This document shows positions 29,101-41,021 of a stretch of DNA of 64,000 nucleotides, piece by piece. A model generated the notes under the pieces. It made no database searches, was not told where the DNA came from, and saw nothing but the letters and a program-made list of their open reading frames with translations. A program made the translations under genes and the position numbers. Each line of letters opens with the position of its first letter. Within the stretch, counting starts at the first letter, position 1. This DNA comes from Auanema rhodensis (Eukaryota > Animalia > Nematoda): the NCBI GenBank assembly GCA_964057225.1, contig OZ059898.1:15376001-15440000 (forward strand). Direction: 5' to 3'.

Positions 29101-29181
29101 AAGCGCATGTCAAAGGGAAGATTGCAAATGGAATACCTTAGGAATATAAGCCAAATTTAGTCCTACCAATAGTTCATTAAA

Positions 29182-29215
<34 letters not shown>

Positions 29216-29756
29216 TATTCTTTTGAAATCTAATAAAAACAATGCATACTTACCAATATAAAGGTTAAGAAATAGGAGAAGTTTCTACAAAAAAAACTTA
29301 TTGTTTTATTATTCTGCCATCATTTTTTTATAAAATAATTGAAAATTAATAAAAAGAAGTTAAGACATTGAAATTCTATTAATAAGAATCAAGTTATTTA
29401 TAGAAATTATTGAATATACACATGTATATATATCTATTTGTGAAATTATTATTTTATCAGAACACGTACAGATGCATGATGTATGCAAGCTACTGCGTTT
29501 GAAAGCTATTTCAATTCTTTATTTATTTAAATTATTTATAAATTCTCTCACGTTATGCTCTCTTGATTATATCTAACCACTTACGTCATCTACTATAAAA
29601 TTTTTTTCTCGCTTTCAAGCTGCTATGCTGTTCAACCTTAATCTTTCAAGCTCTGCTAACGAGACAAGATTTAGAGAGTAAAATAGAAAAAGAATGACAG
29701 AAAGAGAGAGAGAGACAGAAGAATAAGAAGAAATTGAAATTAAGATAGAAAAAGAA

Positions 29757-29817
<61 letters not shown>

Positions 29818-30193
29818 AAGTGATTTCACTGCAACATTATATAGACGAGCTATAATAGTCTATGAATGTATGAGCATACATGCATATGTACATTGCATAG
29901 ACTTCAGTATATCTCTTTTGAAATCAAAAAACACAAAAAAAATAATTGCAAAAATAAAGAAAAATAAAGATTTCTTTAAGAAAATGCTACAACAATCATC
30001 AATAAACAACAACAATGTAAGCCGTGAGGTGATTTTGGATTGGAACACAGACAGACAGACACACACGTGAAAGATTAGATGAAGAATGAAAAGCCAGTTG
30101 AATTCTGAATTTCGTTTTTTCTTATTTTAAAGAAAAAAAGATTGTTGACAACCCTCGAAAGCTTTTTAGTAAAGGGAAAAGACTAGAAACAGT

Positions 30194-30240
<47 letters not shown>

Positions 30241-31739
30241 GGTGCCAGAGGAAAGTAGCTATTGATGATAATGCTATACAGTTATTTCAAATATTTTCTA
30301 AAACAAAAGGTTTAAGCATATCAATTTATAATTTATTATTATTATTTATAATTGGTATAGATGGAAATAAATTAAGAAACTGGAATAAATCGGTAATAGA
30401 GTAATTGAATATTAGATCAAATTAGAAAATATTCGGCAATTCGTAGAATAATTACAACTTTCACATGAGAGTAGAACATAGTTAACAAAAAATATCATTA
30501 GATTATGTCCTTGTAGATTAGTTCCAAAGCTTTGAAATTATAAAATTTTTAGAATTTTGTTGGTTTAAATTTGGGTTTTAGTAGCTTATTCTTCCCCAAA
30601 TTATACATAACCATATATATATAATTAGTTATATTGATATATGTATAAAGATAAATTTTGATTTATTTGAAAGAAATATTTGAAAATTGAAAGAATTTTA
30701 GAGAAATTTAAGATAAAAACTAAAAATCTTTGCGTCGTCACACATAATAATTTATAAATTTAAAAAAAAAAGAAATTAAAAGTACAAATCAATATAGACA
30801 TATAGATATATATATATATATATAAAATATATTTATATATTCACATGGGAAATTTGGAATAACTATTTTAGGAAAAAGAGAAAAAGCGAGAGGGAGAGAG
30901 GTTTGATGAATAGAGAGAGAGAGCCGAGAAAGGAATAGTAGTTACAAAGAGTATAGAGAGACAGAGAAAAGAGGGAAGAGTTAGGAAGATAACACAGATA
31001 ATAGAAGAGAGAAAACGAAACAGGGGAGGTAAACGATTTTCTCTTCAAATTGATTTAAATCTGAAGATTGTGGGTGGTGAATAGGTAAACGTCTGTTTAT
31101 GGAGATTTTTGAACTCTAATTCAATAATTAAATTATTTCGAATAAGGATTATATAGTTATATATATATAATATTAATATTTATATGATATAAGGTAGAAC
31201 GAAAGGAAAATATTTTTACTGAAAGTTGGAATTTAAAGAAAAAAAATTTCTTTTCTTTTTTTTTTTGACTGAAAATGCTGTGCGTTGTGCATCATGCATG
31301 TAAGGCTGTCATATTGGGCAATGAAGTATTTGTATTACTTTGAAAAGACACATTGCAATAGCAGCAAGATGTTGGCAGATTGCTTAGCTTGAGATCAAGA
31401 AGATTTTTGTCGTCATCACCAATGCTTCTCCTTTACATACATGCGCACACAGACAGACACACACACATACACATACATACATGGTAAAAACATTTAGAAG
31501 TTAGTCCATTTGTATTTATAATTACCTTTTCTATTTTATTTTGCAGAATATCACACTATGGCATCCATGTTTTTTTAAATTATTTCTTCTAATCTTTTAT
31601 CTATTTCGTATTGAATATAGGTAACACATTTTGAATGACATAATGTCTTTAATATGAGGAGAATACAATTTCTTTCGAGATGAGCAGATATGAACAATTC
31701 AATAGCAGGAAATATCAAAATTTATGATAATAATTACTC

Positions 31740-31791
<52 letters not shown>

Positions 31792-34245
31792 TTTCTTCTG
31801 ATCATTCAATGTGAAATCAAGGCTTAATGATTGAACACACAGTTGCACATAGTAGGCACACATAAGGATGTGTGCTGATCATGATGATCTTATTCTTGAA
31901 CTTGAGCCATTTTGAATATATTCATGAGGATTCCTTTAACTTAAAATATTTTTTTTTAATCTTAGCCTGAGAAATATGAGAATCTATGTTGTGTTACAGA
32001 TGAATCAGTAACATAGAGCTTTGAGCCAATTGGCCGTGAAATTGGAAATCGTTGTTTCAAGCCCATATAGAATGCATATTATGTATCTACAGACTGAGGC
32101 AACAGGAAGAAAAAACATAGAAAATATGAAGAAAAAGGATGAAAAAAAAGAAAATAAAGCAAATTTGAAGTGAAAATATGAGAAAAATTCGGAATATCGC
32201 TAAGCGAGAAAAAGCAATATTCCAAAAAGAGATAGGGAGAGAGAGGTACTGAGGTAGTATAGAGAGAAAGACAGTATGAAGAAAAGAGAGAAAGAAAGAA
32301 AGAAAGAGAGATAGAAAAAGAGAGAGAGAGAATATGAAGAGTTTAAGAATTAAAAATGGAACATCAGGAAATGAGATACTAATGTTACTGCTCTGACGCT
32401 GCAATCGAAATATCCAGGTTCTATGTTCATAATGATAATTAGCTCATTGCTAATATTGAAGGAAAAAAGAGTTGACCAATGATTGCTGGATGATGATGAC
32501 GACGACGACAACGAGGTTTAGCAATGCAAGAGTATATGTGGACGGAAATACGTTTTGAATGCAAAACTTTGTTGGATTTTCTATGTATGTTAGACATAGA
32601 ATTCGCTTTCAAACTGAGTAAATGAACAAGTTTGATCTCAAATTTCAAAACTAAAATGATATACAGCCTATACATAAGCATTGAGCTTATGACATGAGCA
32701 ACGAAACGAGAAGGAAAAAGAATAAAAAACTGAACATGATACAAGTACAGATAGAAAGAAATTTTCACGGAAGTAAAGAGATGATAATGAGAGGAAGGTG
32801 GAGGAGAAGGAGGAGTAGGAGGAGGAAGGAAGGAAGGAAAAGCAGAGAGAAGAAGAAATGGGTGGGAGAGTAGAAAGGTCCATGTTGCAATAACCAATGA
32901 AAAAGGACATGTGCCCCAACGGTTTGAAGTGGTTTTTCAGATCCGTCTTTGACAGCCATTCTTTCCTCTTTCTCATCTTATGCTTTTCTCTTCTTCTTCT
33001 TCTTCTCTCTCTCTCTATCTCTCTCTCTTCCTCTCTCTCCAAACTTGCTGGACCAGCAGTAGCAAGCTATTTGAGAGTTCTTTCTACAGCACTTGCGAAA
33101 AATGGATCAGTTGAATTTGGTCGGATGGAAATATGATAGTCATCTCTTTGGAATAGATTCAAAAAGAAAAAAACCCTTTTTTCCAGTTTAATGTGACATC
33201 ATTTACTGCCATCTTGTCAGATGATATTAAAGTTTGTTCATACTTCAGATGCGAAAATTACTCTTTTTTTACTTTTTTCTATACAATTCTCAACAGTAAA
33301 CAGGAATTTAATTATCAACATAATATTATAATTGAATTAAATATATATATTATATACTATATATGACATGATAATAGCTTTTTTTTATAATTTTTCAATA
33401 AAATATAACGATAATTCGTTGAAAATATGGTTGAATAGTTAAAGTGTTGTAGTATGTGAACGACAGTTCGAATGAGCACACGGATGGAAGAACAGGCATG
33501 ATGAGTCGACGGAAGAAGAAAAAACAAAAAAAAACTAAGCGAAATATGATTATCATTGTTCTCGAGCCAGAATCTATCGAAATGTATTGTAAAATAATCG
33601 AAAAATGGGCCATATTTCGTTTTTCTTCCAGCCTACTATCATTGAATACAATACAAATATTTTGTTTCTAATATCTTCGAGTATATTCGTACGTTTTCGA
33701 GTGAAAGTATATAGAATATACTGGAAGCAAGAGATTTATGCGTCTATTTCAGCTCAAGATATCAAGCTGATTAGCCATGTAAGCTTAACTTCATGAACTG
33801 TCCAGCAACACTGCTAATCGTAATCACTATCAGCTTTTATCCTTCTCATCATATCATGATGACGACTGATTAGAACGACAAAAAAAAAGATTTCTTATTA
33901 TTAATCTCTGAATTAGCATATTAATAGTATAATTAAGAAAATAACACGTGAATATACACGTGACGCGTGCGTCAAATAACTGACGCAAGTAACGCGTTGC
34001 GGACGTAAAAAGGAGAACAAGAGAGAGAGAGAGAGAGAAGTATCATTTTCAAGTTTTTGTCGACAAGTCAGACGGTTGTCATATGTATATCATATATACT
34101 ATTTCTAATATTTTAAATGAAAAACTTAATTGTTGCAACATAATATTTACATATTTGAGAAGAAAAAAAAAGTTTTTATTTCATATATATAAAGCAAATC
34201 ATGTTTTAGTAAAATTATAAATATGTATATATAGTGTAAAAACGT

Positions 34246-37200
34246 TTATAGTTTGCTCTTTTCTTTAGCTCTTCTCATCATAGGCTGCAAATACTTTTCA
34301 ACTGCAGGTATTACCTGAAAATGGAATTATGCATTTACTCATTGTGATAAATCAAAAAAAAAGTTGAAAAAATAAGCATAATGCATTCAAGTTGAACTTA
34401 GAAGAAATGCTCTATTACCTGAGTTTGATTCAATTCACTTTGCTGAGCCCATTTAAATAAATTATCATAGACATGTCCATCTTTTCTTCCAAGAACCTTG
34501 AATAAATATAATTATATATATATAGTAAAATCAGCATTATATGTTAATTAATTATATAAAATATTTTGTTAAATTATAATAAATTAAGACGAGGAAATTA
34601 TTTACCGATCTAAGCTCACGATCACTGAATTCCCATGAATCCACCAAAGAAACAGCATTTGGTCGAATTTCAGATAGTAATCGATACATATCTTCTTTCA
34701 TGTGATCCAATTGGACGGTAGATAAGTAATTATTCTTTAAAAAAACCAAATATAAACTCTTGTATCATCAAATCGACTTGAAATACGAGCATGATCATTC
34801 AGCTTGCAGCATAGTGTGCGTGCAAAGCTTAGCTCATGTGTCGGAAATTTACATCTTGTTTACATACCTCGTAAAGATAGGCAGCCATATCGATAAGCTC
34901 ATAATTCAAGTGTAAATGAAGAAGTTGAAGTAAAACTTGTTTAACAGACTGAAACAACATACTTTTATCAAAAAATTAACTATTTCTTACATGATTAACG
35001 ATGCTTTCGACGTAATTGTAGAAGGTATGAGCAATATATGAGCGTGTATGTAATCTAGCAGCCTAAAATGAAATATAATTCAAATAGAAATGCTGTATTT
35101 TTGATTATTTTTGTCATACCCTTTGCAATTCAACAGAATTTTCATTCCAAGCATGTTCTTTGGACATTCCTTGTCTAATAAGAGCTTGTAAACGATCGTA
35201 AGCCTTGAAAATCTGATGACGTGCAATATGCTCGAAGGCTTCCAAGCGATCAGTGTAATCTGAATACATTGCTTAGGACATTTTCAAAAAGTTTAATGAA
35301 GGAAAAATAATTTAATTTCATGAAAATCTTACTAGAATTGGATGTTTTATCAATTAATGAGAACTTTCTTGGTTGTTTAGCCAGATAGCTAATCATAGCA
35401 GGCAGAGGCTTGTTATTTCTAGCTGATTCAGCAGCTTTCATCAGATATCTGAAGATTAGAAAATTGTTGAAAACAGGATTCAAACTTTGATTTTCAAAGG
35501 TTTAAAAGATTGAATGAACAATCAATTCACCTAGCACATTGAAGAAGCATAACCATGTTTTCGCCTTCATATGTACATCCACCAATAGCCACACCTGAAT
35601 GTTGGAAGATTTTCAAATTCAAGCTTAACTAGGTCTATCATACCGTATACAACACCAATGTGACTTGCAGCTGAATATCCATGACCACCACAAGCCATAC
35701 GTGCTTGCTCAATACCTTGTCCTGCTAGATATGTTACAACAGATTTTAAGCCAGAGGTAATAGCATGAAGATAAGCAAGGTCAGAATCCTACAATTACAT
35801 TTTACATGTTTTTCGAAGAAGTTGAATATTAAGATTTTGGATTACAAACTTGAACCAACCTGTCCCTTTTCTCTCATATTCTTAGCTACACGATCATATA
35901 CTTTTTTAGTCTCATAGCCAGTAAAAAGGAAAGCAAATGCCCGAGCTAATTGAGGGAACAAGCGATGTTGTTGTGTCTTATAATCCAAAATTTTAACTTC
36001 TTGAGATGATCTATATACAACAAATCTTCTTTATATATACAATTTAATTATATTTTCTCATACCCTGGCACGATTTCTCCTTGTCTTCGAATTGACGAAT
36101 AGCGAATTGCTGTGGTTAAAGCATAAGCCATGAAAATACCCTAAAGTTAGATATTTTTTGAATTTTTTTAAAAAAGTGATAACATACTTGATGAGAAGTC
36201 ATGTGACTACGTACGTGAATCATAGCAGAATAAGCGGCTTTCTGGTGAGTGGGAGGGATATAGGTTCCATCCTCAAGAACCTATAAGCAGCTTTCTCTTT
36301 ACAATCACTTTTATACTGATTTGTAAGTATAAAATCTCAAATTCTTACTTTAGAATGTCTCATCAACATGTGTCGAAGAGGGATTCGAACGTTCTTTAAA
36401 TGCAAAAATCCATTATCAGTGCCATTGTATTCCATTTTTGGTCCAATATCTCCAACAGTAATGCCTAAAGAGATAAAGTTGAATAAAATGCTCCAAATAT
36501 GCTGTAATACCATTCAATGGTAAATGAGTTTCCTCATCTCGAAGTTGAAGAAAGAAGTTATGTGGTCCATAATTCTTTCCATTGATCATCAATGTAGCAG
36601 TTACAATAGCGTGATTTGTAACTTTTCCCAAATTTCCTGGCCACCTATGGATGGAAAATCGAAATATCAACTGAAGTCAATCAAGTTTACCATTTAATTG
36701 ATGATGTGTTTGGAGTGTTGAGTACAAACTCCTTTGTATTCTTATCATAAACAGCTTGTGTTTCTAACTTTCTCAGATTAGTACCATGACCCATCTCAGT
36801 TTGAGCATAAGTTCCGATAATTTCACGTCTTAAAGCTTTTCCAAGCCACCATCCCTGTTGTTCATCATCAGCTTGAGCTTGAATGGCAGGTATGAACATA
36901 ATGATATGAAGAGCCAAAGGATGTCCTTCAATACCAATAACTTCACTGAATACATTTTTATTAAATATATTTTTATATTTTATGATTCTAACTTGGTTAA
37001 ATGAAACAATTGAGCTCCATTTCCAACTTCAACTCCTAGTTCATTAAACTTATCCAGCATGGTAGTCATCTATAACAACATTTATAAGGAAAAATCCTTT
37101 TAAATATAAAATAAAAGTTTTAAAATTTAAGTAAATATATTGAAGTTATCATTATTGATTTTACGTGTATTTTTCACGTAAAATAAAGATAAAAATAATA

Positions 37201-37606
37201 TTTTAAGATAAAAAATATGTAAAAAACGGTTGTATATTTGTTTTTAAAGCACTTTGAAGATAAAAGATTTTTAAAAATATAATTTATACTTACTTTTCTT
37301 GAAGCTTGTTCTACTTTTTGAGCACGAGTTAAGAAGGTGTTGTGACAGATATCATGAAGTTCAGGATATTTATCAATATTTGCAGTAATTTCACGTCTTT
37401 TAAGAGCTTCCTGAATAAGAATGAATATCAATTTAGAGTTATTAATACAATTTAAAATAAAATAAAAGTTTGTTATGTTTATTAGAAAATACCTTTTTAG
37501 ATTCCCAGATAACATAAGTCAATTCATCTGTATCGAATGTTGCTGTACGACGTTCATCATTCAAATCTTTATTGTCATTTTCATTCAAAAATTTATTTAA
37601 CGGCAT
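34246..37606 (-). CDS. acox-1: Peroxisomal acyl-CoA oxidase, ACOX-1.1-like (18 exons), with C-terminal PTS1 SKL
   Basis: Starts MPLNKFLNENDNKDLNDERRTATFD; motifs GTYAQTEMGHGTN, KWWPGNLGK, GDIGPKM, QTQQHRLFP-like KTQQHRLFP, RMACGGHGYS, CTYEGEN, RPNAVSLVDSWEFSDRELRSVLGRKDG; ends KEKSKL*. All introns GT-AG. A TTTATAG acceptor lies 6 nt upstream of the ATG. Confidence 0.95.
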
Positions 37607-39077
37607 GCTTTTCTATAAAAGAATAAACATCAAAATTAATATTTCTTTTTTGACAAATATTCTTGTTAATTTACTTGGAAATGAAAAAAATCATAAGAAA
37701 ATACAATACTAATAGTGAAAAAGAAATAAACAAAGTGAATAAAGTAATACAAATAATCAAATAACGTTTTAAATTTGGAAAAAAAGACAAAGAAAATGAA
37801 AAATGCTTGTAAACTATTTATATAATAAACTTTATTAAATCATAGGTTATCGCTCGTATGTTCTTTTATTATAAAAAAAGGTAAGACTGTAATAGAGAGA
37901 GAGAAAGAGAGAGATAGAGAGAGAAAGAGAGAGATAGAGAGAGAGAAAGAGAGAGATAGAAAGAGAGAGAGAAAGAGAGAGATTAGTTTCGGGTGGGAGT
38001 AAAGGAAATGACAAGAGAAATAGATAGAAAAACACAAAGTGGGATACAGGCAAAAAGAAAAAATACAGATAAGAGAGAAAAGTAGAGGGTGAAGAGAATA
38101 AGGTTAACTTTTCACTTTTAATAGGATTTTTCTTCGTCTGGTTGATACATAACAGGAAACCAGATCAACTATGTTCTAGTACGATAAAATGTGTATTCGA
38201 CTATGGTCTAGCATGATAAGATGCTTTCTCAATGATACATTGGTAAGTGATTATTGTACAATTTTCTATTTTGAACAAGAATATGATGAAATCAATTAAA
38301 TTAAATTATATAAATTATATGAAATAACTAAACTATTTTATATAAATATTTACAATTAATATTATCTTTGCTTAGCAGTTAAATAATTATCTCTAGACAG
38401 ATAATACCTTATAAAGTGAGAAGAAGGAAGAAAAGATGTAGAGAGTTCAAGAGAGATCAAGAAATAGAGAAATAGAGAGAGAAAGAGAGAGAGATGAAGA
38501 GACAATGGTGAACATTGGATGATAAAACATATTCTTTGTATCTTCTTTTAACCAAAATGATTGACTAGGAACAAACTTGGCTACATAAGAGTGTTCAAGA
38601 GTACAAAGTTTCAAATATTTTACGTATTTATTCAACTTTAATATAAACATTAATATATATATATTTATATATATATTATTTTAATATTAATAAAAATAAT
38701 TATGATAATAAAATCTTAATAGATTTCCAAATAAATGATCAAATATACTCCAAATCAAATCATTTTACAGGGAAAAAAAAGGAATTGAAAACGGCAAGAT
38801 ATATTACAAACTATATTGGACAATACAAGCAACATCTATTGAAGTTGTATATGATGAAAACATTATTAATACCATAATATTCAGATGTTTTTAATGATAA
38901 GAAATATTATCATTTTATAGTATCATATCAAAGATTTTTATTTAATACATTTGAAATGATATTACAGATTTATATATTACTTCTTATATTATTATTATAT
39001 TATATAAACTAGAATTAACTGTTTGTAATAAAAAATACAATATTCTTATAAAATAATTAAATTTCCACTTGAACATA

Positions 39078-39113
39078 AACTTAAACTTAAATTTAAACTT
39101 AAATTTAAACTTA
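39078..39113. repeat. Short hexamer tandem repeat (TAAACT/TAAATT)
   Basis: aaacttaaacttaaatttaaacttaaatttaaactt. Confidence 0.6.
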
Positions 39114-39510
39114 GTTAGTAACTAATCTTACATACAACCGTTCTATGAATAAATAAAAACAAAACTAAATATTTTCACGTGAACTATGACTTATAGACGT
39201 GTAATCTATAATATTCAAATTAAAAAATAATTCATATAATCCATATAAATTTTTTTTAATTTAGAAAAAATTAGAAGATTCAGGAAATTTGAAGATGAGC
39301 ATCATAGTTTGAACCTGAAAGTACAAAAGTCACGTAAACAATTGAACTCAGTACATTTCAAGAAAACAAAAACAAATAAGCAAAGATCAAAGAACTAAAA
39401 AAAGCTGAAATTTAATGAAAAAAAAGAATTTTTTATTTTAAAAGTTCAAAAAATGTAGTTCGAACTCAAAAATTTACAAATAATTTTGATTTTTTGGTCT
39501 CATATGAGGG

Positions 39511-39517
39511 TATATAA
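39511..39517 (+). promoter_or_regulatory. TATA box of the CPG4-like gene
   Basis: GTATATAAG ~130 nt upstream of the ATG at 39645, with a possible initiator (TCATTC) about 20 nt downstream. Confidence 0.6.
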
Positions 39518-39644
39518 GGCGGCTGAGATAATCATTCAACAGTTATCCAACAACTAACAACACTCAGTAGCTCCAGCACTACTTTAACTAATCGCTCCTG
39601 ATCCGAAGACCATTAATTCAATTTATTCAATAAATATTGAAAAG

Positions 39645-40598
39645 ATGTCTTCTCTTCATCTTATGTTCCTTATTCTCTGCTCATCTGCAGTCGCTTATGT
39701 AGTAGAGCAACCAGACGTCCACAATGATACTGGTAAGTTGATTAAGTTTGTTTCATGTAATTACCTTTATTTCTTTTTAGATGTTGATGTCAATACAATT
39801 CTCCAAGCTTTTGGTACACCAGCATGTATGAGAAAGTGTGTTGATCCATTCATCTACAGCTTGGATGTTCTTTGGAAAATGGAAAATGTTGTTCAAGGCT
39901 CTCAGAAAGTTTGCGAGTGAGTCTTTTCATCTAGGAAACCATATCATCAATATTTCGAATTTTCAGTGCTTACTTCGAAGCCAAGAACTGCTTGAAGAAT
40001 GATCAATTCTGTGACATCTACGATATCTTCAACACTGCCACTTTGAGCTTCGGCCATCGTTGCGAGAAGCAAACCGTTCTCATCTCTCAGATGGAAGGAT
40101 GCCTCAGCAAGCACGTTGACAAGATCATGCAAAGTGAGTTTGTAACAGCTTATTATAGTACAACCGTTTTTCCCCTTCAGAGTGCGATGCCGAATGCGAA
40201 TGCCGTGTCAAGATCACCGAATTCTCTCGTCGCCCAGAAATCAAGTTGGCTGCTCAACTCGGTGGAAACATCTTCATGGCTTCTGATCACATTGGAGATC
40301 TCTGCGGATCTCTCGCCTGTGCCATTCCATGCCTCACCGAGAAGTTGAACAAAGTTTGCAACTACAGCGGATATTTGGTTTTGGTGAGTTGTAACTTGTT
40401 TTTGCTTTAATCTGAAGAAGCCTATTACAGGATGCTATTCTTCAACCATTCGAAGCTGTTACCCAAGCTTTGGCCAAGATGCCAGAAGGAATTAGAGAGT
40501 TGGTTATGAACAAGCTGGACAAGAAATGCCACTTCACTGTGAACGCTATTTCTCTCCGCAAAATCCGCCGCGGAAACTACAAGGTTCTAAACTATTAA
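39645..40598 (+). CDS. Secreted Cys-rich protein with a chondroitin proteoglycan 4 (CPG4)-like domain (~253 aa, 5 exons)
   Basis: Exons 39645-39732, 39781-39916, 39967-40133, 40181-40383, 40431-40598 give 762 nt in frame. Signal peptide MSSLHLMFLILCSSAVA; Cys pattern C...CDAECEC...GGN...GDLCGSLACAIPCLTEKLNKVC..SG. AATAAA near 40754. The domain name comes from pattern recall. Confidence 0.85.
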
Positions 40599-41021
40599 GT
40601 TTATTAGTTATTTTATATTTCAATGTGTCATACCCCTCATAAGTACCATATAAGGGACGATTTTTAACTAATTGCTAAGCAATTGATTTCAATGTTTTAT
40701 TGACAGTTTGAGTATATTCTATTTATTCATGAATTGTACACGTTTCGAAGAAAAATAAACGATTTCATACAAAAAAAAATGTTTTTTATCTTATAAAAGA
40801 AAAAGAGAAACTAGAATATCAGACTCGTAGAAGGCTTAACCTAAAGTATTAACAAAGAAATTTGATTATATATATATGTAATTAAGAGATTATATGATCG
40901 AAAAAAGTCTTCCAAGAAATATAAACCGTGATATGATGATGACTGACTTTCGAATTTCTTTGTAGAAATGGAATATTGAAAAGAAATTTGCTGAGCATGC
41001 ATATAAAATTGAAAAGAATAT

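Larger units (their letters stand above)
1021..38493. repeat. Dense field of (GA)n/(TC)n microsatellites, several next to G/C homopolymer runs
   Basis: Long tracts at about 1021-1058, 3063-3094, 6194-6266, 7370-7419, 7612-7666, 8790-8845, 9207-9242, 9547-9598, 10303-10350, 14254-14340, 15902-15960, 18448-18525, 20667-20753, 24349-24431, 25109-25166, 26107-26160, 29760-29813, 30195-30238, 31743-31786 and 37892-37981. Confidence 0.95.

Noticed and set aside
31856-31875. 8-bp hairpin GCACACAT-AAGG-ATGTGTGC
   Set aside because: It is short and made of CA/TG dinucleotides, so it is expected by chance here.
32250-32271. TGAGGTAGTAT let-7/miR-84-like start
   Set aside because: It lies in a polypurine tract that cannot fold into a precursor.
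889-33800. Dozens of 60-150 aa ORFs rich in SLSLSL, RERERE or F/I/L
   Set aside because: They are translations of GA/TC microsatellites and AT-rich non-coding DNA, with no domains and no consistent splice structure.
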